From: Thermoanaerobaculia bacterium
GTDB taxonomy: Bacteria > Acidobacteriota > Thermoanaerobaculia > UBA5066
NCBI GenBank assembly: GCA_963816185.1
Contig: CAWFJJ010000028.1
Location: 384,001 to 448,000 of the forward strand
Reading direction: 5' to 3'
DNA: 64,000 nucleotides
The notes below the pieces were generated by a model, which saw nothing but the letters and a program-made list of their open reading frames with translations, searched no databases and had not been told where the DNA came from. Below, in pieces: positions 59,111-64,000 of the stretch. The stretch's first letter is position 1. Every line of letters starts with the position of its first letter. A program made the translations under genes and the position numbers.

Positions 59111-60922
59111 ATGTCGCCTGTCGACCCGAAGAACGACGTCGGCCCGAAGGCCGAAGAGGGCGCGGACAATGGAGAGTTCGCACGCCTTCTCGCCGAGAGC
59201 GAGCGCTCTCTGAAGGAGGGAGAGCTCATCCGAGGCCGCGTGCTTCAGGTGACGAACGACGAGATCCTCGTCGACATCGGCTACAAGTCGGAAGGGATGA
59301 TTCCCCGCTCCGAATTCCACCACGTCCCGGCCGACCGGCTTCCGCATCCGGGGCAGGAGATCGAGGCCGTGCTGGAGCGCACCGAGGGCCCGAACGGCTA
59401 CGTCGTGCTCTCCTGGGAGAAAGCGCGGCGCGGAAAGGCGTGGGACCTCGTCGAGCAGGCGTTCGCGACGAACGCGCCGATCAGGGGACGCGTCCTCGAG
59501 CGCGTGAAGGGCGGGCTGTCCGTCGACATCGGCGTGCGGGCGTTCCTGCCGGGCTCGATCGCCGACTCGCGGCCCCTCAAGAACCTCGACGTCCTGAAGG
59601 GCCGCGAGCTCGAGTTCCGCGTCGTCTCCCTGGACAAGAAGCGCGGCAACATCGTGCTGTCGCGCAAGGCCGTCCTCGACGAGGCCGCCGAGGTCAAGAA
59701 GAAGGAAGCTGCGGCGGCGCTCGCCGACGGCCGCGTCCTCAAGGGCGTCGTGAAGAACCTCACCGACTACGGCGCGTTCGTGGACCTCGGGGGCATCGAC
59801 GGCCTTCTCCACGTGACCGACATGACGTGGGGCCGCCTCGCGCACCCGTCGGACGCTGTGCACGTGGGGCAGGAAGTCGAAGTGAAGGTCCTCCGGTTCG
59901 AGGAGGCGACGGGCCGCATCTCGCTCGGCATGAAACAGCTGAAGCCCGACCCGTGGCAAGACCTGCCGGCCCATTACCCCGTGGGGGCGCGGGTGCGGGG
60001 AAAGGTCGTCTCCCTCACGGATTACGGCGCATTCGTGGAGCTCGAGGAGGGCGTCGAAGGCCTCATTCACGTGAGCGAGATGTCGTGGACGAAGCGGGTC
60101 AAGAATCCGTCGAAGCTCCTGAACGTCGGCGACACGATCGAGGCCGTCATCGCGGACGTGAATCCCGAGACGCGCCGGCTTTCGCTGTCGCTTCGCGCCA
60201 CCGAGCCGAACCCGTGGGAGCAGCTCGCCGAGAAATACCACATCGGGGACCGCATCCACGGCACCGTTCGCAACCTGACTGACTTTGGCGCGTTCGTGGA
60301 GATCGAGGAGGGCATCGACGGCCTCATCCACGTGTCCGACATGTCCTGGGGCCGCCGCGTGAAGCACCCTTCGGAGATCCTCAAGAAAGGCGACGAGGTG
60401 CAGGCCGTCCTCACGGCCATCGACGTCGAGAACCGCCGCATCAGCCTCTCGATCAAGGAATTCCGGCCCAACGAATGGGAGGAGTTCGCGGCCAAGCACC
60501 AGCCAGGCGACGTCGTGGACGGCACGGTCGCGAAGGTGGCCGAGTTCGGCGTGTTCGTGCGCCTGCCCGAAGGCCTCGAGGGCCTCATGCACGTCTCCGA
60601 AACCCCGCTCGGACGCGGAGAGAAGCCGGCCTCGCACTACGCCGAGGGCGACCCGGTGCGCGTCCGGATCCTCCGGATCGAGCCGCACGAACAGCGCATC
60701 GGACTTTCGTCCCGCGACGTGGAGCAGCCCGTCCGCGAACCGGCGGCGGAAGGTGAGGTTTCTGCGGGGCAGCCCCAGTCTGACGGCGAAAGAGACGACT
60801 CGGCACGCGCCCGAAAATTCGCTGAGAGAGCCGGTCGACACGGACGAGAAGGCCGTTCCCGCCGGAACGGACCCGCACGAGTAGCCGAGGCGGTGAAGGG
60901 TATCCTGGAGGAGAACTCGTGA
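59111..60922 (+). CDS. rpsA: 30S ribosomal protein S1
   Basis: Tandem S1 domains (DYGAFVDLGGIDGLLHVTD, DFGAFVEIEEGIDGLIHVSD); follows cmk. Confidence 0.96.
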   Translation: MSPVDPKNDVGPKAEEGADNGEFARLLAESERSLKEGELIRGRVLQVTNDEILVDIGYKSEGMIPRSEFHHVPADRLPHPGQEIEAVLERTEGPNGYVVLSWEKARRGKAWDLVEQAFATNAPIRGRVLERVKGGLSVDIGVRAFLPGSIADSRPLKNLDVLKGRELEFRVVSLDKKRGNIVLSRKAVLDEAAEVKKKEAAAALADGRVLKGVVKNLTDYGAFVDLGGIDGLLHVTDMTWGRLAHPSDAVHVGQEVEVKVLRFEEATGRISLGMKQLKPDPWQDLPAHYPVGARVRGKVVSLTDYGAFVELEEGVEGLIHVSEMSWTKRVKNPSKLLNVGDTIEAVIADVNPETRRLSLSLRATEPNPWEQLAEKYHIGDRIHGTVRNLTDFGAFVEIEEGIDGLIHVSDMSWGRRVKHPSEILKKGDEVQAVLTAIDVENRRISLSIKEFRPNEWEEFAAKHQPGDVVDGTVAKVAEFGVFVRLPEGLEGLMHVSETPLGRGEKPASHYAEGDPVRVRILRIEPHEQRIGLSSRDVEQPVREPAAEGEVSAGQPQSDGERDDSARARKFAERAGRHGREGRSRRNGPARVAEAVKGILEENS

Positions 60923-61824
60923 AACGTTCGACCGTCGCATGGATCGTCGCGGCCGTCGCGTTCGCGTTTCTCGTGCTGGTCGTCTGCGCCACGGCCCTCG
61001 TCTTCGCGCCGCGCACCGGCGCGCCTCCCCTCGCCCTCGGCGGCCGCGTGGGCGTCGTCGACCTCGAGGGAATCATCCTCTCGGCGGACCGCTTCCGCGA
61101 CATGCTGAAGCGGTTCCACGATGCCTCGAACATCAGGGCCGTCGTCGTGCGCATCAACTCGCCGGGCGGAGGAGTGGCGGCATCGCAGGAGCTCAATAGC
61201 GAGCTTCGACGCTTCCGGCGGGAGACGGGGAAGCCCGTGGTCGTCTCGATGGAGTCCGTCGCCGCCTCGGGCGGCTATTACGCGGCGGTGGCCGCAGATC
61301 ACATCGTGGCGAATCCCGGCACGATCACGGGATCGATCGGCGTCATCATCCAGTGGATGAACTACGGGGACCTCCTCGAGTGGGCGAAGATCCGAACGGT
61401 CACCCTGACGAGCGGTGCGCTCAAGGACGCGGGGAACCCGACCCGCCCGCTCACGGACGAGGAGCGGAAATACTTCGAGGACCTCATCCTGAAGCTCCGG
61501 GCGCAATTTCAGGCGGCCGTCGCCGAAGGCCGGAAAGGCCGGCTCAAGCCGGGCGCGCTCGAGCAGATGTCCGACGGACGCGTCGTCACGGGCGAGGAAG
61601 CGCTCGCGCTGGGGCTCGTGGACGAGATCGGAGACTTCCGCGACGCCGTCGACCGCGCCGCACGGCTCGCGCATCTTTCCGTGCCCGCCGAGATCTGGCA
61701 TCCGCGGCCCATGCGGCCGGGACTCATCGATTTGTTGACGGGAACTTCTGAATCGACATGGACGGGGCGCCTTTTCTCCGGCGCACCGGTGGGGGGCGGA
61801 TGGAACGTCTTCTTTCTGTGGTAG
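60919..61824 (+). CDS. sppA: Signal peptide peptidase SppA (S49)
   Basis: RINSPGG, AASGGYY, TGSIGV, GLVDEIG. Confidence 0.93.
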   Translation: MKRSTVAWIVAAVAFAFLVLVVCATALVFAPRTGAPPLALGGRVGVVDLEGIILSADRFRDMLKRFHDASNIRAVVVRINSPGGGVAASQELNSELRRFRRETGKPVVVSMESVAASGGYYAAVAADHIVANPGTITGSIGVIIQWMNYGDLLEWAKIRTVTLTSGALKDAGNPTRPLTDEERKYFEDLILKLRAQFQAAVAEGRKGRLKPGALEQMSDGRVVTGEEALALGLVDEIGDFRDAVDRAARLAHLSVPAEIWHPRPMRPGLIDLLTGTSESTWTGRLFSGAPVGGGWNVFFLW

Positions 61825-62177
61825 GCCGTGCGGAAGGTACGACGACGAAGGCGGACCTGGTCGAGCAGGTCGCTCACGCCACGGACGTGACCAAGAAGCA
61901 GGCAGAGGTCATCGTGGACTCGGTCTTCGACGGCATCATCGCCTCGCTGAGGTCGGGCCAGAAGATCGAGCTGAGGGGCTTCGGCAGCTTCCGGCTGCGG
62001 CAAAGGGGCGCGCGGATCGCTCGCAATCCGAAGCGCAGCGGCGTGAAGGTCATGGTGCCGCCCAAGCGCGTGCCGTATTTCAAGCCGGGCAAGAAGCTGA
62101 AAGAGCTCATCAATCAGGCGACTCCTGCGGCCCCCCCCGCCGGGGACGACCGGGTTTCGGGAGCCGGCCCGGGCTGA
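61818..62177 (+). CDS. ihfB: Integration host factor beta / HU-family protein
   Basis: TKADLV, KIELRGFGSF, ARNPK, PYFKPGKKLKELIN. Confidence 0.88.
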   Translation: MVGRAEGTTTKADLVEQVAHATDVTKKQAEVIVDSVFDGIIASLRSGQKIELRGFGSFRLRQRGARIARNPKRSGVKVMVPPKRVPYFKPGKKLKELINQATPAAPPAGDDRVSGAGPG

Positions 62178-62665
62178 TGGAGAGCCTTTACACGCCGTGG
62201 CGCGCGGCGTACCTCGCCGGCGAGGGTGAGGTCGTGACGGGGTGTCTGTTTTGCGTGCTCGCGGGCCGGAACGACGAGGACGGCCTGATCGTCCATCGGG
62301 GCGTGCTCGTGTTCGCCGCGCTGAACCGGTATCCCTACACGAACGGGCATCTCATGCTCGCGCCCTTCGCACACCGAGGATCCGTGTCCTCGATGTCGGC
62401 CGCCGAGCGGCACGAGCTCGTCGACCTCGCGGCGACGTCCGAAGATGTCCTGACCGAGGCCTACCGGCCTCACGGGTTCAACCACGGCTTCAACATCGGC
62501 CGCAGCTCGGGCGCGGGAGTCATCGAACATGCGCATCTGCACGTCGTGCCTCGCTGGGAGGGGGACACGAGCTTCCTGACGGTCGTCGGCGCCACGCGGA
62601 CGATTCCCGAGGAGCTCCCCTTCACGCGGGAGAAGCTCGCCGCAGCGTTCGCCCGCCGCTCGTGA
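62177..62665 (+). CDS. HIT domain protein
   Basis: CLFC, LNRYPYTNGHLM, HAHLHVVPRW. Confidence 0.93.
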   Translation: MESLYTPWRAAYLAGEGEVVTGCLFCVLAGRNDEDGLIVHRGVLVFAALNRYPYTNGHLMLAPFAHRGSVSSMSAAERHELVDLAATSEDVLTEAYRPHGFNHGFNIGRSSGAGVIEHAHLHVVPRWEGDTSFLTVVGATRTIPEELPFTREKLAAAFARRS

Positions 62666-62931
62666 AGCGGCCGGGCCGAGAGCTCGCCCTCCTCGTGCTC
62701 GCATCCGCGGCCGTTCCCGGACTCGGGCACTTCCTACTCGGCCGCCGCGCGCGCGGCGCCGCGTTCTTCGCCCTCGTTCTCGCGACGGCGCTCGTCGGGC
62801 TCTCCCTCGAGCCGTGGAACCTGACCTCGGCCACGTGCGAATACGGGCGCACGTATCTCCTCGTGTCGGCGATCATGCAGATCCTTCTCGTGCTCGACGT
62901 CTTCGAACGGAAATCCGGGTGGCGGGGATGA
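62662..62931 (+). CDS. Small membrane protein
   Basis: VPGLGHFLLG motif, hydrophobic; overlaps both neighbours. Confidence 0.65.
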   Translation: MKRPGRELALLVLASAAVPGLGHFLLGRRARGAAFFALVLATALVGLSLEPWNLTSATCEYGRTYLLVSAIMQILLVLDVFERKSGWRG

Positions 62932-63107
62932 TCCTGTCAGATCACTTCCCGCTTCTTTTCCTGCTCGCGGCTTTCCTGGCCGCGTTCTTCGCTCTTCTCT
63001 GGAAGGACGACCCCGCCGAAGGGCGCCGTTTCTTCCTGAAGGCTCTCCTCGGCCTCGTGGGCTGCGCCGTGGCCTTCGGCTTCCTGTTCGAGGCGGTGCT
63101 GCGTTGA
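62928..63107 (+). CDS. Small two-TM hypothetical protein
   Basis: MILSDHFPLLFLLAAFLAAFFALLWKDD..; ATGA and TTGA overlaps with neighbours. Confidence 0.65.
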   Translation: MILSDHFPLLFLLAAFLAAFFALLWKDDPAEGRRFFLKALLGLVGCAVAFGFLFEAVLR

Positions 63108-64000
63108 AGCTCCTCGTCGTGGCGGGAGAGGTCTCCGGCGACCAGCACGCGAGCGCGCTCCTCGCCGCGCTCGGGGCCCGCGTTGGTGCGCTCGAGACCT
63201 TCGGCGTCGGGGGCGAAGGCTGCCGACGCGAAGGAATGCGGCTTCTCGCGCATCAGAAGGACCTCGCGGTCGTGGGTTTCGTCGAGGCGCTCGCGAAAGC
63301 TGCGATATGCGCGGCGGCTCATCGGCTCGCTCGCGGCGGAGGCCGTAAGAGAGAAAGCCGACGGCGCCGTCCTCATCGACTCGCCGGACTTCAATCTTCC
63401 CCTCGCGAAGCGCCTCTTTCGCGCCGGGATCCCCGTCGTGTTCTATGTCTCGCCCCAGGTGTGGGCGTGGCGGAGCTCCCGCGCGGAGACGATCGCGGCC
63501 CTGGGGCGCGCGGTTCTCGTCCTGTTTCGCTTCGAAAAACGCTGGTGGGACGCCCGCGGCCTCGGCGCCAAGGCGACCTGGGTGGGCCATCCGCTCGTGG
63601 ACCGCGCCGCCGAAGAGCTCGCGACTCCGGCGCCGCGGCCGCCCGGGGGCGCGCGCCGCGTCGTCCTGATGCCGGGCTCGCGCTCCGGCGAGATCCGCCG
63701 CAACCTGCCCGTCCTGCGCGACGCCGTCCGCCTGCTTCGGCAGACTCGTCCCGATCTCGAGATCGTTCTCGTGAGGGCCGACTCGATTCCGGCGGATCTC
63801 CCGCGCAGCGTGGCCGGGCCTGACATCGATTCGTGGCGCGTCGTCACGGGCCCGCACCTCGCGCTCCTCGCGGCGTCGGACGTCGTCCTCGTCGCGTCCG
63901 GAACGGCGACCGTGGAAGGGCTTCTCGCGAACGTCCCGATGGTCGTCGTCTATCGCGTTCATCCGCTGACGTTCTGGCTCGCGCGCCGGCTCGTGAAAGT
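63104..64000 (+). CDS. lpxB: Lipid-A-disaccharide synthase; 3' partial, frameshift near 63300
   Basis: VAGEVSGD, LAVVGFVE; shifted frame gives IDSPDFNL, YVSPQVWAWR, VGHPL, MPGSR, ASGTATVE. Confidence 0.93.

Noticed and set aside
61818-61850. Apparent ACG start for ihfB (TTKADLV in place of MTKADLV)
   Set aside because: An in-frame GTG at 61818 overlapping the sppA end gives a canonical start.
1-64000. Frameshifts in tolQ, trpS, lpxB, the ABC binding protein, the kinase, the S53 protease and the first gene as pseudogenes or programmed frameshifts
   Set aside because: They hit essential genes, are scattered small indels, and show no shared slippery motif; assembly error is the simpler explanation, though reads are needed to confirm.

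Overview
High-GC (roughly 70% by eye) bacterial chromosomal segment; gene content and order suggest Acidobacteriota, probably Thermoanaerobaculia-like (inference). It is mostly housekeeping: ileS-lspA-lgt-rluD, mtnP-ribH-nusB, leuS-lptE, rpsT, tol-pal, a peptide ABC transporter, coaD, pabB/pabC-like genes, uvrC, RNase P RNA, recG, trpS-scpAB-rluB-cmk-rpsA-sppA-ihfB-lpxB. Several genes carry small frameshifts that look like assembly indels. I saw no transposase, phage, CRISPR, tRNA or rRNA. The notable signal is a dispersed repeat system laid over these operons. (1) A ~140-bp element made of hairpin A (CGGCGGCTGC-TGAT-GCAGCCGCCG) and a T-shaped hairpin B (..GTCAAGGG..CCCTTGAC..) occurs at 6 gene junctions, with compensatory stem changes and one inverted (flip/flop) interior. 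It sits in open reading frames, either as N-terminal extensions (mtnP, lptE, tolB) or as short ORFs that overlap both neighbouring genes. (2) An AT-rich ~25-bp motif with core TTCTAAGAA and purine/pyrimidine tracts is found next to the element and also inside conserved coding sequence (ileS, leuS, recG, pabB, rluD), often as inverted pairs.
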